32,000 nt of DNA, from contig OY969425.1 in the NCBI GenBank assembly GCA_963699255.1, positions 1,050,001-1,082,000 of the forward strand. The letters run 5' to 3'. The DNA comes from an uncultured bacterium. Its GTDB lineage: Bacteria > Margulisbacteria > WOR-1 > CAVSGV01. Shown here piece by piece: positions 16,801-23,964 of this stretch. Numbering within the stretch: the stretch's first letter is position 1; every line of letters starts with the position of its first letter. The notes under the pieces were generated by a model that searched no databases, was not told the DNA's origin, and saw nothing but the letters and a program-made list of their open reading frames with translations. A program made the translations under genes and the position numbers.

Positions 16801-16940
16801 ACCTTTATCGACTCGAATATGCCATTTAACAATATTTCAAAGTCGGTACGGTACCCCATCTCGCTTGTTTCTTTGTGGGCAAATTTAGAAGCGACAGACT
16901 TTAGATATTTGGAAACTAAATCATTTTTATTTTCTGCCAT
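13854..16940 (-). CDS. Single-chain type IIG-like restriction-modification enzyme (PD-ExK endonuclease + gamma-class N6-adenine methyltransferase + C-terminal target-recognition region)
   Basis: N-terminal NKPDFVVINNSVPILYIETKD (D...ExK), SAM motif I ILDPAVGTGTF, catalytic motif IV VVIGNPPYSG, and a ~450-aa C-terminal region with FPLY as in type ISP/IIG specificity domains. No helicase domain is present. Confidence 0.8.
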   Translation of the reverse strand: MAENKNDLVSKYLKSVASKFAHKETSEMGYRTDFEILLNGIFESIKVQRIGHDERAAEGNKPDFVVINNSVPILYIETKDIGISLDKVEKSEQMARYYGYTNLVLTDYLEFRFYRNGVSYEEPIKIASFDKENRTISPLPENYEQVAKTLVDFTQSQKEPIKSGEHLAKIMGGKAQRIRDNIRHYLSSDRDSKKNAGLLRVYETIKKLLVHDLTVDTFADMYAQTLVYGLFVARYNDETPDTFSRQEARDLVPASNPFLRHFFDHIAGADYDDRLKYIVDELCIVFLHANVQQLMSQYFKIDIGGQEHASPDPVIHFYEDFLKEYDPELRKKMGAYYTPLPVVNFIVRSVDYILQKEFGLPNGLADSSKLSNGKHRVQILDPAVGTGTFISATIDTIYKRLIEQGQKGRWTTYVHNDLLPRLHGFEIMMTPYTIAHLKLSMAFKKTGFKIFNNRLGIYLTNSLEQTEVQQDMLSFGLAESIAEEAKEASKIKNETPIMVVIGNPPYSGESSNASYTGNDVYKVEPTGGRLQERNSKWLNDDYVKFIRYAESMIEKTGEGIVAMITAHGYIDNPTFRGMRFRLMKTFDEIYVLDLHGNANKQEKTPKGADDKNVFDIKTGVSIFVGLKKKNSKNNQAKIFHADCYGSRSDKFKYLDSHSIDSVGWKTVCPIEPNYEWIARNEAIREQYGKGFSVAELFPVSSVGVVTSRDDFIVDFDRETLEKRVKNFLCCQSPQEAKSKYSLKENAGWKIAEALKHDFNSNNTVSICYRPFDTRFVYYHKDFIERMRKEVMRHLIVRNIGLVTVNRSPANMPSSYYFIANGPLVNGYIRSDSVSIDTVFPLYLCADDARRVANTSKVIVDAIERIVKKSNPEDIFDYIYAVLHSPSYREKYKEFLKIDFPRVPYPKDAKTFNGLVKLGAELRGLHLLESPKVEKYITTFPVEGSDTVDKLTYKDSKVFINATQYFGKVPEIAWNFYIGGYQPAQKWLKDRKGRKLSNEDIEHYQKIVVALTETDKIMKEIDEIDFLGK

Positions 16941-17094
16941 TGATTTGAATTATACGCCCATAAGAAAAGAGAGTAAAGGTTGGGGGATTTTTACTTCCAG
17001 CATGCCAACATATGGAGTGCAACTCCCTTGTCCGTTATGCGCCAAGTGCATATGTGCTTCATTATTTTCTGATTTCACCATGTATTAATAATAA

Positions 17095-18156
17095 TTAATA
17101 GTTAATGGAATAATTGAATAATTGTTTGTTGATTTTAATTGAAGCTTTATATGGTGGGTAGGCATTGGCAGTGGATATATATAAATCTCTTTTTATTCGA
17201 GTATTTGGAGGCAAGATAACAGGTTTATTAAAATAGGATTGAGCTATTGAGGAATTATCCGATTTGGATAAACTCATTATTAATGATTGTTTTTGTCCCT
17301 CTAAATAGGAGATTTTCATGCGCCCCATATTAGCAGCGTTGTGATAGGCACTAATGTTACGTTCTTGGTCTTGTTGCCTTATTCCTTCTAATGCAGCACC
17401 AACAATTCCGCCATAATCTCTCTGCTCCTCCTCCTTAATTGTAACATTGCCATAAATATCTTTACTGGAAACATACTGCTTTTTTGGAATATCATTGGAT
17501 TTATTAGCCACTTCTTGTTGATATCCATATTCATTTTGGTCAACAATAGATTGAAGAGAACGAATTTGAGCATCTATTTCAGCAATTTTAGCTTCATTTT
17601 CTGACCTATTTGCATTATCAAGAGATCTCGCCACTTCATCAGGACTTAAAGTCATCAATAATGTCCTATCAGTATCTTTCATGTAAAAGTTATTTGGGTC
17701 TATTTTGACAGCATATTTATTTTTATTGTAAATGTTTAAGCTTATTTTAATAATATCTTTACCGATAATTGACCCGCTTATTTGAACTTCAACATTTGCC
17801 CTCGTTTTACTTGATGGTTTCTGGGAAAACAAATCTACATCTGTTATCGGAATGGGTTTCGACGCCTCTTGCGAACCTAACTGATTATTAGATGCTTTGG
17901 GGATATTAATTGCTTTATCATCACCATTATTAATAATAAATTCATCTTTATAGATTATATGATCCCCGGGGTATTTTACGATTATAGAATGGTTTCCCGC
18001 TTCAATTGTAGACACTACTATGCCATAGCCAGTAATATTATTATCAATTTCAATTTTATATTCTGCTATCGGTGAATTAACGGTTATGGTCCCATAGGCA
18101 AAGCAACATGAATAGCATAATCCTACTATAAAGGCCGACATGGAAAATACGCGCAT
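17095..18156 (-). CDS. Secreted protein with an N-terminal PEGA-like beta-sandwich and a central coiled coil; function unknown
   Basis: Signal peptide MSAFIVGLCYSCCFAYG. TITVNSPIAEYKIEIDNN...IEAGNHSIIVKYPG resembles a PEGA domain. Coiled-coil stretch ENEAKIAEIDAQIRSLQSIVDQ. Confidence 0.6.
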   Translation of the reverse strand: MRVFSMSAFIVGLCYSCCFAYGTITVNSPIAEYKIEIDNNITGYGIVVSTIEAGNHSIIVKYPGDHIIYKDEFIINNGDDKAINIPKASNNQLGSQEASKPIPITDVDLFSQKPSSKTRANVEVQISGSIIGKDIIKISLNIYNKNKYAVKIDPNNFYMKDTDRTLLMTLSPDEVARSLDNANRSENEAKIAEIDAQIRSLQSIVDQNEYGYQQEVANKSNDIPKKQYVSSKDIYGNVTIKEEEQRDYGGIVGAALEGIRQQDQERNISAYHNAANMGRMKISYLEGQKQSLIMSLSKSDNSSIAQSYFNKPVILPPNTRIKRDLYISTANAYPPYKASIKINKQLFNYSINY

Positions 18157-18406
18157 AAATTTACCTCACAAGTTAAGCATATTCTACTCTTATAAGAAGA
18201 AACAGACAATATTATATTTTGCTCCCCTGCCTTTCCAGTATAGCATTTTACCGCCTTTCCCTGTAAAGCGCGCTCACATTGGGACTTCGTATAAAGCCCC
18301 CTATCCCGAAAAAAGTCCTCATCCTTGCGGATTTTTTCGGGTATTAGTTCTCGCCCTCCTTCTGCCTTCCTACCTCTGCCTTCTTACTTCGTCCTTACCC
18401 CTTCTC

Positions 18407-18471
18407 CGTTGATCCGAGGAATATCCGTTGATAGCTTTATTCGTTGATTCGTTGTCTCATTCGTTGATAGC
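18407..18471 (+). promoter_or_regulatory. CGTTGAT-repeat element, copy 1 (33-bp core at 18439-18471)
   Basis: CGTTGAT at 18407, 18426, 18442 and 18462, plus CGTTGTC at 18450. The core is ATTCGTTGATTCGTTGTCTCATTCGTTGATAGC. TATAAT follows at 18477-18482 and ATG at 18494. Confidence 0.75.
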
Positions 18472-18493
18472 CTTTGCTATAATCAACAGTCAA

Positions 18494-19390
18494 ATGTTCA
18501 ATAAAACCGGTTTTATATCCTTTCTTTGCTTGATCTTATTGCAGATTCTTTGCGTAGGTTCTTTCGCTTTATCTGTACGCTCCATTGGAATGGGTGATGT
18601 ATACCCGCCTACCGGTCGCGACCCTTCCGCCATCTTCTATAATCCCGCCTATCTAGCCAATTGCGACAGCATCAGGTTATCGCTGGACAATATGAACGGT
18701 CCGATGGACCCGAAAGACAATATTGCGCTAAGCATGGGAGATCTCGGCATTGCGTCTTCTTCGCTTGGGAATGGCTCCGTTTTTTATCTGGCAACGGGCA
18801 TGAACACATACTCTTTCCTGCGGTTGGGGATTGGCGCAAAGTTCTATAACGATCAAAAGGATTTTGATGTTGGCTTCGATTGGGATGTGGTGAAAAATGT
18901 CGGTTTATCTGTCGCCCTTTTGAACGAAGAAGACAAGGTTTTGCCAAGGCAGTATTCAGCAACAATAGCCTATAAGTCAGACGACGGCGACAAATGCCTG
19001 GCCTTGAACTCCGACCTATCCGGAAATGTCAGGCTTGGATATGAAAAACAATTTACCGAAAAAGCCTTCTGGCGAGTAGGCTATAATGTCGACCATCCCT
19101 CCCTTGGCTGCACCCTTCCACTCTATCAAAATATCGACTTCGACCTTGCCGCCGAACTAGGAAAAGACAATACCAAGATACTATTTGGAATAGAGTTATT
19201 TCGTAATACCGAGAACAAGAGGGTGAATTCGGAACACAGTATCAATTTCGGCAAAGCGATCGTCGGAGAAGACGAAATTTATCAAAATCGACGGATTCAA
19301 TATCCATTATGTGGAATCCGGCTCAGGCCCCGATCTTGTCCTTATCGGCGGCGGCATACATTACACACATCACTGGGATCCTTACATTGA
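18494..19390 (+). CDS. Outer-membrane beta-barrel-like protein (PorV/FadL-like N-terminal signature); 3' end uncertain
   Basis: Signal peptide MFNKTGFISFLCLILLQILCVGSFA. VRSIGMGDVY...DPSAIFYNPAYLA resembles the aRslGMGGa...NPA motif of PorV/UPF0164-type barrels. A barrel-like C-terminal strand KILFGIELF lies near 19200. The remaining ORF to 19390 overlaps the hydrolase reading frame and is probably not genuine. Confidence 0.6.
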   Translation: MFNKTGFISFLCLILLQILCVGSFALSVRSIGMGDVYPPTGRDPSAIFYNPAYLANCDSIRLSLDNMNGPMDPKDNIALSMGDLGIASSSLGNGSVFYLATGMNTYSFLRLGIGAKFYNDQKDFDVGFDWDVVKNVGLSVALLNEEDKVLPRQYSATIAYKSDDGDKCLALNSDLSGNVRLGYEKQFTEKAFWRVGYNVDHPSLGCTLPLYQNIDFDLAAELGKDNTKILFGIELFRNTENKRVNSEHSINFGKAIVGEDEIYQNRRIQYPLCGIRLRPRSCPYRRRHTLHTSLGSLH

Positions 19391-20048
19391 GGAATGGTCT
19401 AAACATTTTCATGTGATAAATATCGACCAGCTCGGAGCCGGAGAATCGGACAAGCCGAATTACTTTTTCGGATATACGATAGAGGAACAGGGTGAATTGA
19501 TAAACGCCCTGCTTGAGAAGATAGGCGTCCAAGAAGCGTCCCTACTCGGGTACTGTTACGGTGGATCGATCGCTTTTTACATGGCGGGACACTATCCCGA
19601 TAAATATAAAAAGCTTGTGGAGATCGAGGGTTTTGTGCGGGGAATAAATACCATCCCCTTATACAGCGAAGAACATATGGAAGGAAAGAAAATGAGGCAT
19701 GACATTGAATATCTTAACGCTTATCTTGTCCGGGATTATGTTACTTTCATGTACCGCCTTGATTATCCGTATTTCAACGGCAAAATGTGGTATCAGCTGA
19801 ACAAGTCGGTGCTTTACAGCGACCTCAGGGATGAGATAAAGAACATGAAAGCCCCCGTTCTCTACTACGCAGGCACGAATTCATGGGCAAAGGAATTCCT
19901 CGGTCCGACCAAAGAATATATAAAGGAGAACGTAAAAGACCTGAAATTCATCGAGATAGAAGGCGCGGGTCACGATGTAGACAGGTTTGATGAACAACGA
20001 TTTCTGCGGGAAACGCTGGAATTCCTGAAAAGCTCGCCCCAGCCGTAA
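19311..20048 (+). CDS. Alpha/beta-fold hydrolase with a Cys nucleophile elbow (dienelactone-hydrolase-like); true 5' end upstream of the listed GTG
   Basis: DQLGAGESDKP and LLGYCYGGSIAF (G-Y-C-Y-G-G at 19548-19565), with C-terminal IEGAGHDV (catalytic His). The same frame upstream reads KFIKIDGFNIHYVESG, a typical N-terminal strand of the fold, but no ATG/GTG/TTG precedes it. Confidence 0.8.
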   Translation: MESGSGPDLVLIGGGIHYTHHWDPYIEEWSKHFHVINIDQLGAGESDKPNYFFGYTIEEQGELINALLEKIGVQEASLLGYCYGGSIAFYMAGHYPDKYKKLVEIEGFVRGINTIPLYSEEHMEGKKMRHDIEYLNAYLVRDYVTFMYRLDYPYFNGKMWYQLNKSVLYSDLRDEIKNMKAPVLYYAGTNSWAKEFLGPTKEYIKENVKDLKFIEIEGAGHDVDRFDEQRFLRETLEFLKSSPQP

Positions 20049-20080
20049 TGCTGGGGACTCGTATTCGTTTTCTCAACTTT

Positions 20081-20113
20081 ATTCGTTGATTCGTTGTCGC
20101 ATTCGTTGATAGC
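20081..20113 (+). promoter_or_regulatory. CGTTGAT-repeat element, copy 2 (33-bp core)
   Basis: ATTCGTTGATTCGTTGTCGCATTCGTTGATAGC, followed by CCCTCGCCTCC. It ends 16 nt upstream of the -35 hexamer at 20130. Confidence 0.75.
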
Positions 20114-20129
20114 CCCTCGCCTCCTTGGA

Positions 20130-20158
20130 TTGACTCTGTTTTATGCGTATGGGATAAT
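20130..20158 (+). promoter_or_regulatory. Sigma-70-type promoter of the methyltransferase/kinase operon
   Basis: TTGACT (20130-20135), 17-nt spacer, GATAAT (20153-20158). The A of ATG 20165 is 7 nt after the -10 hexamer, the same geometry as at 5523/5530. Confidence 0.6.
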
Positions 20159-20164
20159 AAAATC

Positions 20165-21223
20165 ATGAGGGGAACACAGGAAAACATTATGGAAAAAACA
20201 TATCCCGCCATAGAGAAAAAAATCATTGATTTTTCGGCTTTTTTAGCTCGTATTAAAGCTGAAAGCGAAACATACGACAGAACAACGCAGCAAGATGATG
20301 CTGCGATATCTATTATAAAGAAATTAGAGCGAAAATACTTCCCGGAGATCGACAGCCACTTTGAGCGTTTGTGGGATATGATCGTCAAGGTCGCGCCTGA
20401 TGAGCGCCAGGAGATTCAGGCTTTATTCAATAAACACCTTCTTGCTTATTTTCATTCCACCCCATTGAATCAAAGGATCATTGATAAACCTCTGGGGTAT
20501 GATGGGGACTACATTACGATGGGCTATTATTATCGGAACGGTTATGAAGGAAATACTATTTTTGATAAATTAATACATAGATATACTCTGCATATCCCCG
20601 TTGCTCAATCAGTGATCTTTAGATTCGCGTATTTTTACAAATTGATTAACGATACATACAAAGAGAACATAAAAGACAGAAAGATTAAAATTACCAGCCT
20701 TGGCTCTGGCCCGGCGATTGAGATACTAAATGTTCTAAGCGATCATATAAGCCCTACTGTTTTCGAGTTTTGTTGCGTTGATTCTGACCCAAATGCTATC
20801 GAACAAGTTAAATCCAATGTGAGCGAATTGTCTAAAAAAAGGAATATTCCGATTAACTTCGCTTTTTTAAATATGAATGTGCTGAAGTTTATAAAGTTTT
20901 CCAGAAGAAACGATATCCTTCAAGGACAACATCTGATATATGCCGGGGGGCTATTCGATTATCTCAATGCGAAAACAGCAACGGCCTTAATTAACTCTTC
21001 ATTCGATCTCTTAACTAAGCGGGGAAAACTTGTTATCACGAATTTCCGCAAAAACATCCCCTCAAGAGCTTACCTGGAAAATATCGGCGGATGGTTCCTG
21101 TTGCTAAGGGATGAAAAGGACATGCTCGATCTGTGTAAGGATATTGCTAGTAAGGCTGAAATATCGGTAGATGTTGACCGCGAAACAGAAACCAATTTAT
21201 ACTTAACCATTCAAAAGAAATGA
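20165..21223 (+). CDS. Class I SAM-dependent methyltransferase, PhcB-like (3-hydroxy fatty-acid methyl-ester signal-synthase-like family)
   Basis: Motif I ITSLGSGPAIEILNVL, CVDSDPNAIE, IYAGGLFDYL, plus the upstream DKPLGYDGDYITMGYYY element that I recall as the PrGYaGD motif of PhcB-type proteins. The alternative start ATG 20189 (MEKTY) has only a weak GGA 8 nt upstream. ATGA-coupled to the kinase. Confidence 0.75.
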   Translation: MRGTQENIMEKTYPAIEKKIIDFSAFLARIKAESETYDRTTQQDDAAISIIKKLERKYFPEIDSHFERLWDMIVKVAPDERQEIQALFNKHLLAYFHSTPLNQRIIDKPLGYDGDYITMGYYYRNGYEGNTIFDKLIHRYTLHIPVAQSVIFRFAYFYKLINDTYKENIKDRKIKITSLGSGPAIEILNVLSDHISPTVFEFCCVDSDPNAIEQVKSNVSELSKKRNIPINFAFLNMNVLKFIKFSRRNDILQGQHLIYAGGLFDYLNAKTATALINSSFDLLTKRGKLVITNFRKNIPSRAYLENIGGWFLLLRDEKDMLDLCKDIASKAEISVDVDRETETNLYLTIQKK

Positions 21224-23352
21224 ACTATTACATAATAACCGCTTTATTGAACTTTTTTGCCACGGGTTCGTTAGCTGTCATCGTGCTGTTCTCCAACATA
21301 AAGAACAGAATGAATCAAACATACGCTCTTACTTATTTGAGCATTGCTTTATGGGCGTTATTTTATTTCTTCTGGCAAACAGCCGCCAGTTATTCCGACG
21401 CCATGCTGTATCTCAAACTGCTTATGTTCGCGGCGACGTTCATGCCTATCTTCCTCTTCCATTTCATGCTGGCTTACTTAAATATCGAAAGAAAACACTA
21501 TTGGTTTTTATCTGCGCTTTATCTGATCGGTTTTATTTTTATCCTGTGTATATATAACAATCTTTTATTTGACACGCTAACCCCAAAACTTGGCTTTCCG
21601 TTTTGGCCCAACGCCGGCAAGGTCATGAATCTCTATATGGCTTTCTTTTTTGGTTTTATTCTTTATGCGATGTTCATGTTATACAAAAGCTTTATGTCTT
21701 CATTTGGCAGCACAAAAACAAGGATCATTTATCTTATTGTAGGGCTTGGTTTTGCGATCCTTGCGGGATCTCCGAATTATTTTTTGTGGTATAACATCCC
21801 TATCCCCCCGATATTAAATCCTTTATTTATCGTCTCAGTAGCAATAATCGGCTATGCCATTTTGCGCCACCGCCTCATGGATATACAGTTCATCATTAAA
21901 AAAGGTATCGTTTACTCCGCCTTGGTCGCCGTTATCATAGGCCTATATTCCGCGCTTCTCCTTGTAATTCAGCAATTATTCCAGTCAACGATCGGCGTTA
22001 ATCAATGGCTTGCTACGGTCATCACGGCAATTTGCATCGCCGCCGGTTTCAGGCCCCTCGAAATTGCTTTCACGAACTTTACTGACAAAGTCTTCTTTAA
22101 GGCCAAATACAACTATCAAAGGACCCTTGCAGAGCTGTCAAAGGGTATGGCAGAGCTGACAAACCTGGAAAGGCTGACAAAGCTTGTCGCCAAAATCGTG
22201 GTCCGAAATATGAAACTCGAAGGATCCATGCTGTTTGTTTATGATTATCGGGACAACAATTTCAACGCCGTATCCGCTCAGGGCAATATGAAGAGCTTTA
22301 GAGGAATGACGCTTCTTAAAGACGACCCGCTCATCAAGCGGCTTGACCAGACCGAAGATGTGATAATCAAGGAAGAATTGGTTCATGAATTTGAAGATAA
22401 ACAGCTTATAGTCTCATTCAGGGGCGAGATTAAGGATATTATTAAACAGATGGCGAATTTCAAAGCCGTTCTCTGCGTTCCCAGCAAGATAAAGGGCAAA
22501 TTGATCGGCTTTATTATGCTTTCTGATAAAAAATCACAGGACACATATTCTACCGAAGATTTGATGCTTTTCCAGACTCTGGCTCCGCAAGCCGCCATCG
22601 CCATCAAGAACGCTATGACCTATGACGAGATAAGGAAGGAATTGGAAGCGCATCAGAGAAAGCTGAATGAAACGGAAATAAATCTCTCCAGGTCCGAAAG
22701 GATCGCTTCCATGGCTCGGCTTATCCAGGAATATAACCATGAGATAAGAACGCCGCTTGCGATAATGAGCGCCAAATTACTTAGCCTTCCAGATAATCCC
22801 GGTGATATTGCCGATTTCAAGGAATTAAAAGCCTTTTTCGAGAAACAGATAAACAGGGCTTCTGACATCGTTGACACGACACTTCGCCTGAGCCAGCCCA
22901 AAGAGCATAAAGAAGAACTTCTTGATCTCAATAGCGTCATTGAGGACGCGCTTAAACTATACCAGCCGATTGGTCTGAATCTGATCAAAGAATTAAATCC
23001 TTTACCCGAGATCAAAGGCGATCGTGACGATCTGAAACTTGTATTTATTAACCTGTTAAAAAATGCGAGAGAGGCAACACCTGAAAAGGGCGATATAAAG
23101 ATCCGTACTTACATTGAGGACGAAAATGGCGAAAAATATGTTATCGCCAAAGTTTCGGACCACGGCATAGGCATCCCCAAAGAGAATATGGATAAGATTT
23201 TCGAGCCGTTTTTCAGCACTCATACGACAAAAGGAAGAGGCCTTGGGCTTTCACTGGTTTTCAGGATCGTAAGAGAGCATCACGGGAAGATCGAGGTTGA
23301 AAGCGAGGTCGGGAAAGGCTCTACATTTTCAGTCAGGATTCCGATCAGTTGA
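21220..23352 (+). CDS. Sensor histidine kinase (N-terminal ~7-TM sensor, GAF, HisKA, HATPase_c)
   Basis: Seven hydrophobic segments in the first ~290 aa. GAF-like region (LEGSMLFVYD...LCVPSKIKGKLIGFIMLSDK). H-box YNHEIRTPLAIM, N-box LLKNAREA, G-boxes DHGIGIP and GRGLGLSLV. Confidence 0.92.
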   Translation: MNYYIITALLNFFATGSLAVIVLFSNIKNRMNQTYALTYLSIALWALFYFFWQTAASYSDAMLYLKLLMFAATFMPIFLFHFMLAYLNIERKHYWFLSALYLIGFIFILCIYNNLLFDTLTPKLGFPFWPNAGKVMNLYMAFFFGFILYAMFMLYKSFMSSFGSTKTRIIYLIVGLGFAILAGSPNYFLWYNIPIPPILNPLFIVSVAIIGYAILRHRLMDIQFIIKKGIVYSALVAVIIGLYSALLLVIQQLFQSTIGVNQWLATVITAICIAAGFRPLEIAFTNFTDKVFFKAKYNYQRTLAELSKGMAELTNLERLTKLVAKIVVRNMKLEGSMLFVYDYRDNNFNAVSAQGNMKSFRGMTLLKDDPLIKRLDQTEDVIIKEELVHEFEDKQLIVSFRGEIKDIIKQMANFKAVLCVPSKIKGKLIGFIMLSDKKSQDTYSTEDLMLFQTLAPQAAIAIKNAMTYDEIRKELEAHQRKLNETEINLSRSERIASMARLIQEYNHEIRTPLAIMSAKLLSLPDNPGDIADFKELKAFFEKQINRASDIVDTTLRLSQPKEHKEELLDLNSVIEDALKLYQPIGLNLIKELNPLPEIKGDRDDLKLVFINLLKNAREATPEKGDIKIRTYIEDENGEKYVIAKVSDHGIGIPKENMDKIFEPFFSTHTTKGRGLGLSLVFRIVREHHGKIEVESEVGKGSTFSVRIPIS

Positions 23353-23832
23353 TCATTGGTGTTTTTCTTTATAAGCCTTTCTCTTTTCTTCGCCGGCCAG
23401 ATAATCTTCCATCGTTTCCTGTGCCATTTCCTCACCTTTTCCCTCAAAGAATCGCTTTAATGTGTTTATGACTTCATCTTCCTTGAACGGCTTTTTAATG
23501 TATCCCGCCACGTAAGCCGACGCAACTTCAAGCCATTTATCCTCATCTTCATATGCGGTAAGCATAATAACGCCTATCTTGTCTTCATATTTCTCCCTCA
23601 GCTTGTCCAAAAATTGCAGTCCATCCATCTCGGGCATTTTTATGTCGAGAAGAATACACTTGATACGGTTGTGGCCAAGTCCCAATAATGGCATATTTTT
23701 ATCTATGGTTTCAAATGCTTCTTTGGCGGAATTTGCCGTGATAGCTTCGTAACCGATCTTTCGAAGAAAGGCCGCAGCCGCATCCGCGAATTCTTTTTCA
23801 TCATCCACAACCAGAATAAGAGGCTTTTTCAT
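23353..23832 (-). CDS. Stand-alone CheY-like response-regulator receiver
   Basis: LILVVDDEKEF, phospho-acceptor ILLDIKMPEMDG, MLTAY, GYIKKPF. No output domain. Its stop codon directly abuts the kinase stop codon. Confidence 0.9.
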   Translation of the reverse strand: MKKPLILVVDDEKEFADAAAAFLRKIGYEAITANSAKEAFETIDKNMPLLGLGHNRIKCILLDIKMPEMDGLQFLDKLREKYEDKIGVIMLTAYEDEDKWLEVASAYVAGYIKKPFKEDEVINTLKRFFEGKGEEMAQETMEDYLAGEEKRKAYKEKHQ

Positions 23833-23964
23833 GTTTATCCCCTCCTACGGCAAATAATATATCACAATCCGGCCCCGAAGCAACAGCAATAATATGATTG
23901 GCTATTGAAGAACGTTTGTAAGTTTTGTTCTTCTGCGGCTTTATCCGTAGGTCCGTTGCAAATC

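Noticed and set aside
13854-16940. BREX PglX or DISARM methyltransferase
   Set aside because: No other BREX or DISARM genes (PglZ, BrxC, BrxL, DrmA/B and so on) are present in the window. The N-terminal PD-ExK motif fits a self-contained type IIG enzyme better.
18140-18412. 90-aa plus-strand ORF across the polypyrimidine tract
   Set aside because: Its translation is dominated by P/L/S encoded by the CT-rich tract. It overlaps the start of the minus-strand gene and a control region. It is not credible as coding.
19235-19245. 11-mer CACAGTATCAA identical to part of the operator repeat at 5465-5475, as a possible distal island end
   Set aside because: It is a single copy that lacks the TT prefix of the core and lies in the OMP/hydrolase junction within an apparently unrelated regulon. 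It is most likely a chance match.
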